64,000 nucleotides of DNA from Eledone cirrhosa (taxonomy: Eukaryota). Below the pieces are notes generated by a model. That model had not been told where the DNA came from and did not search any database. It saw nothing but the letters and a program-made list of their open reading frames with translations. The stretch covers positions 46,872,001-46,936,000 of the forward strand of contig OZ024742.1 in the NCBI GenBank assembly GCA_964016885.1, in the 5' to 3' direction. Numbering within the stretch: position 1 is the first letter of the stretch; each line of letters begins with the position of its first letter. Positions 28,047 to 38,810 of this stretch are shown here, in pieces. Made by a program: the position numbers and the translations under genes.

Positions 28047-28181
28047 ATTATTTCTGAAGACAGCATATATACGTGAAGGTATGTACATTTCCTCTTATAG
28101 TTTGTAAAATTTTTACATAGATCTATATGAATGTACATACCAACACACATATATATCCTAGAAACGATTGTAAAATGATGA
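28047..28181 (+). ncRNA. hammerhead H6 with ~100-nt stem II
   Basis: (TC)ATTATTT-CTGAAGA-..GGTATGTACATT..AATGTACATACC..-GAAA-CGATTG-TA-AAATGATGA. Confidence 0.75.
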
Positions 28182-28386
28182 ATTTTTTAATATAAGGAAC
28201 TTGTTCTTTGTTTTTATTCATTGTTTTTACTAATTTATCTTGACTCTGTTTTCCTGTGATTCTCATCGAAAATTTTTTGAATGCATCTTCTCTTTTCACG
28301 ATATTTCGATTACGTTGAGTTCTTCATACGGATTGGACACTACCGTATATTTTGGTGGATTTATCTACATACTATATATATATATA

Positions 28387-29410
28387 GAGAGAGAATTAGT
28401 ACATCTACCAACATATGTGTACAGATGTACACCCATGCTAGCAAATATATAAGTTATGTCTTAGTACCTATGTGGTTCTATGCAGGTGAATGCAGAACAA
28501 TTATATGAAAGACGTAAAATAAGAAAATTAAAAAAAATTAAAAATCAACTTACTTACTAACATTTTCACTCCAACTAATTAGTTTCTGTAATGGGATAAA
28601 TATAGTTACATAATATATATAACTATAGAGAATTAATTACGTCATCAGGGAGTCTATTCTCAGCTAAGTTCCCAGGCAATGCGCGGACACTAGGAACCCA
28701 TATAAAAATAATAATTCAGTAGATGGAATGAAGCTAGCGAGGACTAGATTCCGGAGCACTGAAAAAATTTCACTGCCTCTGGTCAGTGGCAGATTCTAAA
28801 GAATCAATCACGTGACACCGAGGTTAATCAGTTAGGAGCGGGGTGGTATTATGACAAGAGCCTACTACTGCCATGAAACAGCAGTAATTTTGGCAAGTTT
28901 TGCTCAACAAATAATTTGGAGATAAATATAGAGAATTAGTAGTACATCTACCAGCATATGTGTACAGATGTACACTCATGCTAGCAAATATATAAGTTAT
29001 GTCTTAGTACCTATGCGGTTCTATGCAGGTGAATGCAGAACAATTATATGAAAGACGTAAAATAAGAAAATTTAAAAAAATTAAAAATCAACTTACTTAC
29101 TAAAATTTTTACTCCAACTAATTAGTTTCTGTAATGGGATAAATATAGTTACATAATATATATAACTATAGAGAATTCATTACGTCATCAGGGAGTCTAT
29201 TCTCAGCTAAGTTCCCAGGCAATGCGCGGACACTAGGAACCCATATAAAAATAATAATGCAGAATAGAGTCCCTGATGACGTAATGAATTCTCTATAGTT
29301 ATATATATTATGTAACTATATTTATCCCATTACAGAAACTAATTAGTTGGAGTGAACATTTTAGTAAGTAAGTTGATTTTTAATTTTTTTAAATTTTCTT
29401 ATTTTACGTC

Positions 29411-29415
<5 letters not shown>
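28387..29415 (-). mobile_element. ORF-less hammerhead element R2: 543-nt-period partial tandem plus inverted copy
   Basis: ~28390-28715 repeats at ~28930-29258; 29261-29415 is an inverted copy; (TA)n at both ends; no ORF inside the monomer. Confidence 0.88.
28568..28653 (-). ncRNA. hammerhead H7 (also 29111-29196 minus and 29268-29353 plus)
   Basis: ACTCC-CTGATGA-cGTAAT..ATTACa-GAAA-CTAATTAG-TT-GGAGT (GUU cleavage triplet). Confidence 0.8.
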
Positions 29416-29505
<90 letters not shown>

Positions 29506-29506
29506 T

Positions 29507-29559
<53 letters not shown>

Positions 29560-29563
29560 TATA

Positions 29564-31158
29564 AAGTAGCGCTCAAAATAAGAGAACCATAAATTAACTT
29601 TTCATTATCTTTCATATTTAACATTTTTCCTTTGAAAAAATATTTGAAAGAATACTTGTAATATATATATATATCTCTTGTGCTAAAATATTTTCTTAAT
29701 AATAAAGGATATAAACAAGATTTTAATGATATACCTTTAATTAAAAAAGAATACAATGATGAAAATAAGAGAACTCTCTGGTGATGTTTTATATATTAGT
29801 GTAATTACTTGGATTTTTTAGAAATATCTGGCAAGACTTGTCAACAGGGTCATGTTACGAGTATATTCAATTTTTCAACTCTCGTAAGATGTCGATCCAT
29901 TCCAAGGTAAAGGAAGCCCACTGATGTAAAGTCGTTCAGATGAAGAGTTTGGACTCCTTCTCTCTCGGCCATTAGAAGTGAAGTGAGCCATTCTAAAAGT
30001 GTGATAACGAGGATTTTGAAATTGCATAATGAAACCAACTCATTCACGTCTACGAAGAAGGCTAGCCGTCCACGTAAAACAAGTCAACGAGTGGACCTCA
30101 TGATCCAAAGAATCGATATGGGGAACGCTTCGACACTGCATCTGGAATATCTCGTCAAATCAGCGCTAATTTCGGATGAAAAGTGTCTCGGTGTAGTGTC
30201 TCGTCGTCTGGCAGCCATTGGATTGATCAAAGCTCTTATCAGCAATAAAAATAAAATTGCTAGACTTGCCTTCGCTGACAAGCACATTGTGTCAAGTGAG
30301 AGAAACTGGTCCAAAGTTCATTTTAGTGATAATATCAAGTTTAATTTGATTGGTTCAGATGGTAACCAATACGTAAGAATTGAAGCTGGGAAATACTTCT
30401 TTCAAAGTGTCAAAAAGTCTGTAAAATTTGGAGGAGGTAGTGTCATGATTTGGGGAATGTCCCAGCAGCCGCAGTGGGACCTCTCATATGCTTAAATGGT
30501 ACTGTAATGCTAATGTGTACTAGAAACTCCTTCAGCAACATGCCATTCCCTCTTTACGGGCTTCTCCCAATAAACCAGCCATTTTTATGCAAGATAATGT
30601 GCCACACTGCAAAACGAATGAGAGAATTTCTCAAAGATCAGAAAATAGAAGTTTGGAAATGGTCAGCCCGGAGTTCTGATTTGAATCGAATCAAGAACCT
30701 TTGGAAGATCATTGGGGACAAAATCATGGTGAAAAGGCCAGCTACAACCACTGAATTATGGAAGAAACTGGAGGAAGAGTGGGATAAAATCACTCCAAAA
30801 CTGTGCAATATGATGGTCACTTCATGTGGATGCAGATGTGCTGAAGTCATCTAAAGTAAGGGACTCTACACTTCCAGTTAATGCCTGAGAATGCATAAAC
30901 ACTAGTTTGTAGAGTAAATTTCATCTTTAATTGTGCTTTCGTAAAGATTATGCTTCTCTTCTCTTATTTTGATCACTGTATTTTTTCAAAATTAAAGGTA
31001 TTTGATTAATATCTTCTGTATACCTTTGATTATTGAGAAAATATTTTAGCGCATGACATATATGTACTAGAATATTCTTTCAAACTTTAAAGGAAAAATT
31101 TTGTCAAATAAGAAAAATGATGAACTAATTTATCGTTCTCATATTTTGATAGCTACTG
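29564..31158 (+). mobile_element. Tc1-family DNA transposon (IR/DR-type, decayed)
   Basis: TA-(A)AGTAGC.CTCAAAATAAGAGAAC / GTTCTCATATTTTGATAGCTACTG-TA; ~220 bp TIRs with inner direct repeats; transposase WSKVHFSD, VKFGGGSVMIWG, SSDLNRIKNLW. Confidence 0.92.
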
Positions 31159-31164
31159 TACATA

Positions 31165-31480
31165 AATAGTTGTCTCTAGGGAAAAATATGAAAATAAATA
31201 ATATTAAAAGTCGTGTCTGACAAATGATATAATAAACGAAGCCGGTATGGAAGGATATTATGTAGATATGTGGTAGAGGTACGTAACAATTTCGATTTTC
31301 TTCTAGTTACTAAAAGTGATGTTGTCAGATTTCGAGACGTTTTCAAGGAAGCTGGCTTCCAGCTGTAAAGTCAGGCTAAAATGCAGGTGGGAAGGAGATC
31401 ATGTATATGTATATTCATTTATATTTGTATAACACTCACGAGCTGATCTAGGAATCCCTGTGTAGGTATGTCAGTCTCTT
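31165..31480. repeat. second copy of the repeat at 22790-23400, again ending at a CT/(CTAT)n tract
   Basis: Shared blocks GTGTCTGACAAAT..AAACGAAGCC.GTATGGAA and TTTTCTTCTAGTTACTAAAAG..CTGGCTTCCAG.TG.AAAGT.AGGCTAAAAT. Confidence 0.8.
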
Positions 31481-31505
31481 TCTTTCTCTCTTTCTCTCTC
31501 TCTCT

Positions 31506-31621
<116 letters not shown>

Positions 31622-34600
31622 TGGGATGGACACACGCGTGTAACTTGCTGAGTAAGTTTTGCTTAAATTTCTATAGAAATTCTTGACTGTAAACTTTAAT
31701 TTTTGTACCATTTTGTAGAGGGACTGCCAGGTCAAACTTTGATCTGGTCAGTCTCTCAAAATATTCTACGCCTTTAGGCGAAATAGTTACCAAAAGTTTT
31801 TTTGAAAAGTTAACATTTTTTGTAAAATGGCTGAAGCTTCTTCACCAAAATTCGAAGAAGGAAAGGGTAAGATAAGCTTACAGCTACCCCCTGCCACTGT
31901 CACAGTAGCAGAGGTCAAAAACAAAGGTCAGCCAGAGGAAGGATTTTCTCCACCTGCTGACAAACAACTTGACGTTGCCATGCCAACAAACCAAAGAACC
32001 AGCGCCACCAGCAACAACAACAACAACAACAATGCTACGGACGAAAACAACACCAATAACAATAACAACAACAACAAGACCAATAACTGTGATAACAACA
32101 ACAATGATAACAACAACACCGCCAACTACAACAGCAACACAAACAAGGAAAAGTCTCCTTCGCCCAGACGGCAAGGAAAACCCTCGACTATCTGCCAGTA
32201 GATATAACCAAAGCGAAGGAGCTAAACTAAAAGGCCAGAGACTCCTAAACACTGTCATGTTTAGGACAATCTCAAATAAAAGGAAAAAGCCAGCTCAACC
32301 ATCACAGAGTGAGATAGAGCTGGTTTTAAAAGACGTCATGAAAGACATCACATTCATTCAGAAGGATAGACTCTACGGGAGTCTATCCATTCTCATGAAG
32401 GACAGGGACACAGCAGTGAAACTGTCCATCAAACCAATTACATCCACCGCATACATTTTCTACCCTACGTACATGGGTAGGACACAAAAAATAAAAATCC
32501 ACACCATCCTGCTGATTATGGACATATGATGGGTTTTGACAGGTTTCCTGAACCTGGACGTTGACACGCTGGTGTCCATGGGAAATGCATCGGGTGACGC
32601 GTTCAGTGGAACGAGCCTCGAACTTGTAGTTCAAATGAGGCCCGAAAGGATCGCCCAGATCCCTGAACGCGTCATACTGGATGATCAAACTTTCATCAAC
32701 ATTACCGTTGAGGGTAGGCGGCCCTCGGGTTACCTCTGTGGAACCAGAGGTCACCTGAGAGCTGTCTCTCCCCAACTTAATAAGAAAACCCCAATCCTGC
32801 CTACACCACCAACAACTGCACAACCAACACAATCACCACAACTACCACTACAAAAACAACAACCACAGCTCAAACCAAAACAAAACAATGTCCAACCCAT
32901 CCCCCCACTAAAAAAAAAAACAATTTCCAAAACACCCGCACCGCAACAAAACCCGAAAATATACCCCTCTCCTCCACCGCGGAAGATGACCCTAGTTCGT
33001 CGTCAGACGAGGAGGAGCACTTCCACACAATTAAAAGAAAAAAAAGAAAACACACCTCAGACACACAAATGAAAGCAACCCTCCCCAAAATATAACACTG
33101 ACACCAACACAAAGAGCACACAACAACAGCATACAAAAAACACCACACACAAACAAAAACATGCATACACATACATAAACACAAGAAACAAAAAACTGTT
33201 AAACATTGTGTACAACAACAATTTAATAAAAACCCAAGGGCTTAACTTCACCCAGGCAGGGGATTTCCCCCACCTCAAAATGATTAAGGCCCCAGAGGAC
33301 ACTTATAAAACTCTAAAAGACAACTTTAAAGAGGATGTGCCCCCCCCCCCCCCCCCTGCGTCGGGCCCATTAACCGCGTCCTCCTAAAAAACTACCCCAC
33401 CCACTCCCCAAACACCCACACAACTCCAAACACCCCAACCACACAACACACTGATGCCGCTACACTTCCACAAACCACCACCCCACCCAACAACCAATCC
33501 CCCACCCTCATGGAAATTGTGCAGCCCGATACCCGGGACGCAGAGAGGTAAGTGTCTTTTCTCTTCACCACCAACATGGCTATGCTAAGAGTAGGCTGTC
33601 TAAATGCGCGTGGCCTGGGCTCAACTTGGAAGCAAGCAATGCTTCTAAATGACCTCAGGTCACAACGTATAGATGTGATGGTTATTTGCGAGGCTGAGAT
33701 GCACGCATCTCTCTGTCAGCCCGGAGGTGGGGGTGGGGTGGTCGTTCTGCTGCAAAAACATCTGGGTCTCGCAACACAGACGGTATATTTGGACCCGGAG
33801 GGTCGACTAGTGGTTCTGGACCTTGGCAGTGGTGAAGACGGAGCGTTTTGGTTGGTGGCCGCCTACGGACCTTTCGGGTCACCGCGGCCGGACTTCTTCC
33901 ATCGTCTGGAGACTTTTTTAGGGACGTCCCGCTCCTTGCTATTAGTGGGGGACTGGAATGGTATCCTAGATGCACGCTGGGACTACGTAGGGGCCTATCC
34001 CGATAGACAGGGGTGTAGTAGACTCAAAGGGTTAATCGGTCGATTTGACCTGTCCGATAGATATCGACTAGATTTTCCGACTGCGCCAACCTGGACTTAG
34101 GCAAATCTTAGCGGATCATTTAGGTCGTACCTAGATAGGTTCTTAGTTAGAAATAAGGATAAGGACTTTTTAAGTTGTTCAAAAATAAGCATGGTTGGCT
34201 ATTCAGACCACAAGTTAGTGAGCTGCATGGTCAACCTTGACAGAACGCATAGACAGGGAGCCGGTTACTGGAAGCTCAACTTCTCCTTACCGGCAAGTAA
34301 GGCTTACAGGGACCGGATTAGCACTTTAGTTAAGGAGCGGTTGACGGGCGCCATCGTCAACAGCAGGTGGTGGGGATCTCTCAAAAGAGAGATTAGAGTA
34401 GTCTCTATAGAATTTAGTAGGGAGTTAGCCTCAAATAGAAATAGGAAGGAAAGGGAGCTGGTAGATAGTGTAGAAGAGGCAATTAGAAGCGGCGACGTGA
34501 CCAGAGTGCTAGCGTCGAGAACGGCTCTGGGCCAGTTCTTCGACGCGAAACACGAAGGTTGCATCGTCCGAAGCAAAATACGTGCTCTGGGAAATGAGGG

Positions 34601-36795
34601 GACCAAAGCTGTTAGCTGGGCCCGCGTGACAGAAGCCAAAAGAGGGAGCAGATCCACTATCCGGTCTTTGCGAGACCAGGATGGACGGGTGATCCTTGAA
34701 CCTAAGCAGATGTGCGAGGCGTTTCAAAAGCACTTTGCCGGATTGTTCGGAAGGGGCGGGAAGCCGGTTGGGGATGTGGACTTCGCTCCATACCTCGACA
34801 GCCTGCCGCGTCTCTCGGACATGGAGGCGAAGTCCTGCGACGAGCCGATTTCAGCCGCTGAGATAGAGGAGGTGCTGAGCCAATGCGGCAAACGCAAATC
34901 CCCAGGTCTCGATGGTCTTCCATACGAACTGTATCTAGCTATGCCGGACTTGTTCCCCGATCTCCTCGAGGCGGTCTACTGCAACTGGCAACAGAACAGG
35001 AGAATTCCCTGTGCTGTGACCAAGGGCGTAGTCACGCTAGTGAGGAAGGACGAGAACAAGGGGGACGATATAAATAATTTCAGGCCCATAACTCTGCTAA
35101 ATACAGAGTTACAGATTTTGGCCAAGGTGCTAGCATAGAGGTTGGCGCTTGTCGTGGGCAACCTGGTGGGAGATGCGCAGACATGTGCTATTCCGTCCAG
35201 GTCCATCCACGACAACCTCCACCTCATGCGATACATCATAGAGAGGGTTGGGAACGAACCCGGCTTTGGTGGGGCCCTGATGAACTTGGATCAATCTAAG
35301 GCGTTCGATAGGGTCGACCATGGTTACCTGGATCTGGTGCTAGCGGCGGCAGGCTTCGGACCCGTTTTCAGGGGCTGGATCAATGCCATGCACAGCAGCC
35401 GCATCTGCTCTAGGGTCAAGGTGAATGGCTACCTCTCGGAGCCGTTCGAAATCGCGCGGTCCATCCGACAAGGCTGCTTTCTCTCCTCCCTTCTGTATGT
35501 AATGACTCTAGAGCCACTGCTGCGGAAGTTGGAGTTGTTGCAGGGCATCCCGTTGGAACCGGGATTGCGGAAAGCGGTATCGGCCTACGCCGACGACGTA
35601 ACAGTAATGGTGTCGACGGCCTCGGAAATCGGGGCGATCGGCACTTTACTGGAGGAGTACGAAAGGTTTACAGGGGCTAAGCTGAACCGGGACAAGTCGA
35701 TCGGTCTGCAACTCGGCACGTGGAGGAGCAGATCGATGCCCTCCGATGACGTCGTCGGGCGCTGGACGGAGGGCCCGGTGAACTTGCTCGGGGTCTGGTT
35801 CGGACCAGACCTCCAGGTGGAGCAGAACAGGGGTGAGGTAACAAACAGGGTGTTTGCACAGACCCAGAAGTGGGCCGAGTGCAAACTGTCCCTGAAAGGT
35901 CGGGCGGAGGTGACGAACACTTATATAGCGTCCGTCATCTACTACCGCCTGACCGTTGTGCCTTGCCCAAGGGAAACGCTCGCCAAAATGGAGCGCGCAC
36001 TCTTCCAATCCTTTGGAAGAAGCGGGCTCCTATGGTCCATCTGCTGTCAACACCCTTCGAAAGGAGGGCTAGGGATGCTGTGGCTAATGATACGTAAACA
36101 CGCATTAAGGCTACGAAACCTCCAGGTATTCCGCACCGGTCAACCGGTGTGGGCCCCGTTTGTGAGGCGAGTCTTTCCCAGACTCGTCTCACTCACCGAG
36201 CTGCAATCCTGGGTCAAGCAAAGACCGAGAAAACTGGGCGCCTGGCACACCGAGTCTATTGTAACGATCAAGCCACCCCCCTTTTCAAAAACGAAGGAGA
36301 GGCGGTGTTTCTGTGCGTAATAGCCATGGCGAAAGAGGTTGTATGGTGGACGCGTCTGAAAGGACTGAGGTCAGACACCTTTCTCTCTGGCCAATAACTG
36401 GTCCGTTTCTTCCGATATCATTTCGGAAGAAGGATCAGGATGGAGAGAGAGGTGCTGCACCCCAGCCGTTTTTATGAAAGATGGGTGAAAGTGGCGAGAA
36501 TGGCCCGTATGAATGGGCATTCACTCTACATCAGACTATAGGTGAGGAAGATGAAAGACCAAGCGAGCACCCCCTCTCTGTGCTCCTGAGGAGAAGGGTT
36601 GCACACTTTTTTTCGGGGGTGTGTGCGACCCCCCAAGGCGCCTCCCCCCTATTGAGGATTTTGTTTTATTTTATTTTATTTTTATACTTTTATATCTTGT
36701 TATTGCCTCCTCCATATTGAGGACGCCTTTGCATGTAAACTCCCCCTTTGTACTTGTCTCACTTTTGATGCTCTGGTGGCAAATAAAAAGAAAGT
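31622..36795 (+). mobile_element. L1-Tx1 copy 2 (both ends present, frameshifted, internal deletions)
   Basis: ORF1 from 31827; ORF2 ATG 33576 with APE, KSPGLDG, FRPITLLN, LDQSKAFDRV, RQGC.LS, AYADD; AATAAA then (CTAT)n. Confidence 0.93.
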
Positions 36796-37022
36796 TATCT
36801 ATCTATCTATCTATCTATCTTGATAGAGTAAGACACGCTTCACATCGGCTCCGCTATTCCATCGGGATTTACCTTTACTATTGTAAGTACCGGATAAATT
36901 TTTCAGTGCAACACATTTGGAACACTAACCCCTGTTATTTAGGGAAACATTTTTGCATTTACCCCCTTTTTAGGGGGTAAAATAAATATCTAATTTTGCC
37001 GAAAAATTTCGTTCTTGGCAGC

Positions 37023-38810
37023 ATGGCGGAAAAGATGGCAGACATGTCTGCCATTAGCTCTGCCACGCCCCCCAAGTCTGAAGAACAAAAAATAATTACA
37101 ACAAAATTAGACAACGAAACAAACAAAGAAAATGAAAAAACAAATGTTAAGGAAAATGAGCAAACGGAAAACAAACAAACAGAAAATAATACAAATAACA
37201 ACAGGGCAACTTTCGCCCAGAAAACAAAACAATCCATTACATACACACCTATTGACCTAACGGCCGCCAGAGAAAAACTGGCCGAAGCAAAGAAACACAT
37301 TGTTTTGGGGGAAAACGGAATGTTTTCCATTAACTCCCCCCCAGAATTCAAGAAAGCGAGAACAGAGAACACAGTTCTCTTCAGAACAATCCTAAACCAA
37401 ACAAGAAAGCCAGCACAGCCCAGCCAAATGGAGATAGAGTTGGTACTAAAAGACTATATGAAGAATATTCTCTTCATACGAAAGGACCGACTCTATGGCA
37501 GCATTTCGGTCCTAACAAAAGACAAGGAAACGGCGGAGAAGCTTTCCATAAGCCCACTCTCATCGACAACATACAGCTTCTATCCCTCCTACATGGGTAG
37601 AAGAACACAGAGAGTAAAAATACAAACAATGCTGCCCACAGTGGACTTCTGGTGGGCTATTGCTGGCTTCATAGACATGGGCGAGGACACAGTGCTGTCA
37701 ATGGGGAAGGCATCCGGAGATGCGTTCCTGGGAATGGGCCTCGACCTACTAGTCCAAATGAGGCCCGAAAGAATAGCACAAATCCCGGATCGCATCTGGC
37801 TGGATGAGCTCACCCCAATAGATATAATTGTAGAGGGGAGAAGACCAGCATGCTATTTATGCACGGAAAGGGGACACATTAAGGCTAACTGCCCGAAACG
37901 TATCCCCCAAAAAGGACTATTGCCCACACCCATCACAAACAGTACACCAACACCACCCACCTCCAAAAATACACTAATACCACACACAGCAAACAAAATA
38001 CAAACACCACCAAGCACAACACAAACATCACCACCACCAGCACCAACACAAACACCACCACCACCATTACCAACCACAAGCACGACACAAACAGCACCAC
38101 CACCACCACAAAACGCATTCCAAACAAATAATAAAAAAAACAGCAACAAATCTACCCCTCCCGCAAAAAAACAACAACCAGACACGACGTCCCTCCCACC
38201 TAGCGCTGAAGAGTTTCCCCCAACTTCTGAAGAAGAAGGAGGAGAAGCCTTCAGACAAGTTAAAAGAAAAAAAAGAAAGCACACACCCAGCACACCACAA
38301 ATAACCCACACACAAACACCAACTCCAATAAAAAACACCCCACCCTCAACAAACAAAAATAAATCTGCGCCTCCCCTCTCCGAAACATTGACAGCATCAC
38401 AAAAAAAGACATTGCAATACACATATATAAATAAAGAAAACAAAAAACTGTTTAAATTAATAAACAATAGCCCTTTGGTGCAAACCGAAGGGCCAAACTT
38501 TATCTCAACAGAGAACTTCACCCATTTAAAAATGATAAAGGTCCCTCTGGACCTTTATCGTTCCTTAAAAGAACAATTTAGACAGGACGTGAGCCCCCCC
38601 TGTTTAAAACCGTTAAATCGCGTCCTCTTGAAAGATTTCCCCATAACCTCCCCTCTACCTGACACAACTCCAAACACCCCAACCCCACCACACTTGGGCA
38701 CCCCCACACCACCACAAAACATCCCTCCACCCAACACACCTGACGCCATAGAAATTACACAGCCCGGAGAGGTAGGTGCTTTTCTTTCTTCACTTTCAAC
38801 ACCAAAATAG
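37023..38810 (+). CDS. Tx1 ORF1 protein (gag-like, CCHC zinc knuckle, Pro/Thr-rich linker), ~595 aa
   Basis: CYLCTERGHIKANC; homologous to ORF1 of copies 1 and 2; uninterrupted frame. Confidence 0.8.
   Translation: MAEKMADMSAISSATPPKSEEQKIITTKLDNETNKENEKTNVKENEQTENKQTENNTNNNRATFAQKTKQSITYTPIDLTAAREKLAEAKKHIVLGENGMFSINSPPEFKKARTENTVLFRTILNQTRKPAQPSQMEIELVLKDYMKNILFIRKDRLYGSISVLTKDKETAEKLSISPLSSTTYSFYPSYMGRRTQRVKIQTMLPTVDFWWAIAGFIDMGEDTVLSMGKASGDAFLGMGLDLLVQMRPERIAQIPDRIWLDELTPIDIIVEGRRPACYLCTERGHIKANCPKRIPQKGLLPTPITNSTPTPPTSKNTLIPHTANKIQTPPSTTQTSPPPAPTQTPPPPLPTTSTTQTAPPPPQNAFQTNNKKNSNKSTPPAKKQQPDTTSLPPSAEEFPPTSEEEGGEAFRQVKRKKRKHTPSTPQITHTQTPTPIKNTPPSTNKNKSAPPLSETLTASQKKTLQYTYINKENKKLFKLINNSPLVQTEGPNFISTENFTHLKMIKVPLDLYRSLKEQFRQDVSPPCLKPLNRVLLKDFPITSPLPDTTPNTPTPPHLGTPTPPQNIPPPNTPDAIEITQPGEVGAFLSSLSTPK

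Larger units (their letters stand above)
26894..28375 (+). mobile_element. Naiad-type PLE 3' fragment (GIY-YIG tail, 3'UTR, hammerhead)
   Basis: IDYNLTWSVLKRATPY..CRL..E...I..LLNKRQELFIS*NH; duplicated ~180 bp UTR segment; ends at (TA)n. Confidence 0.8.
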
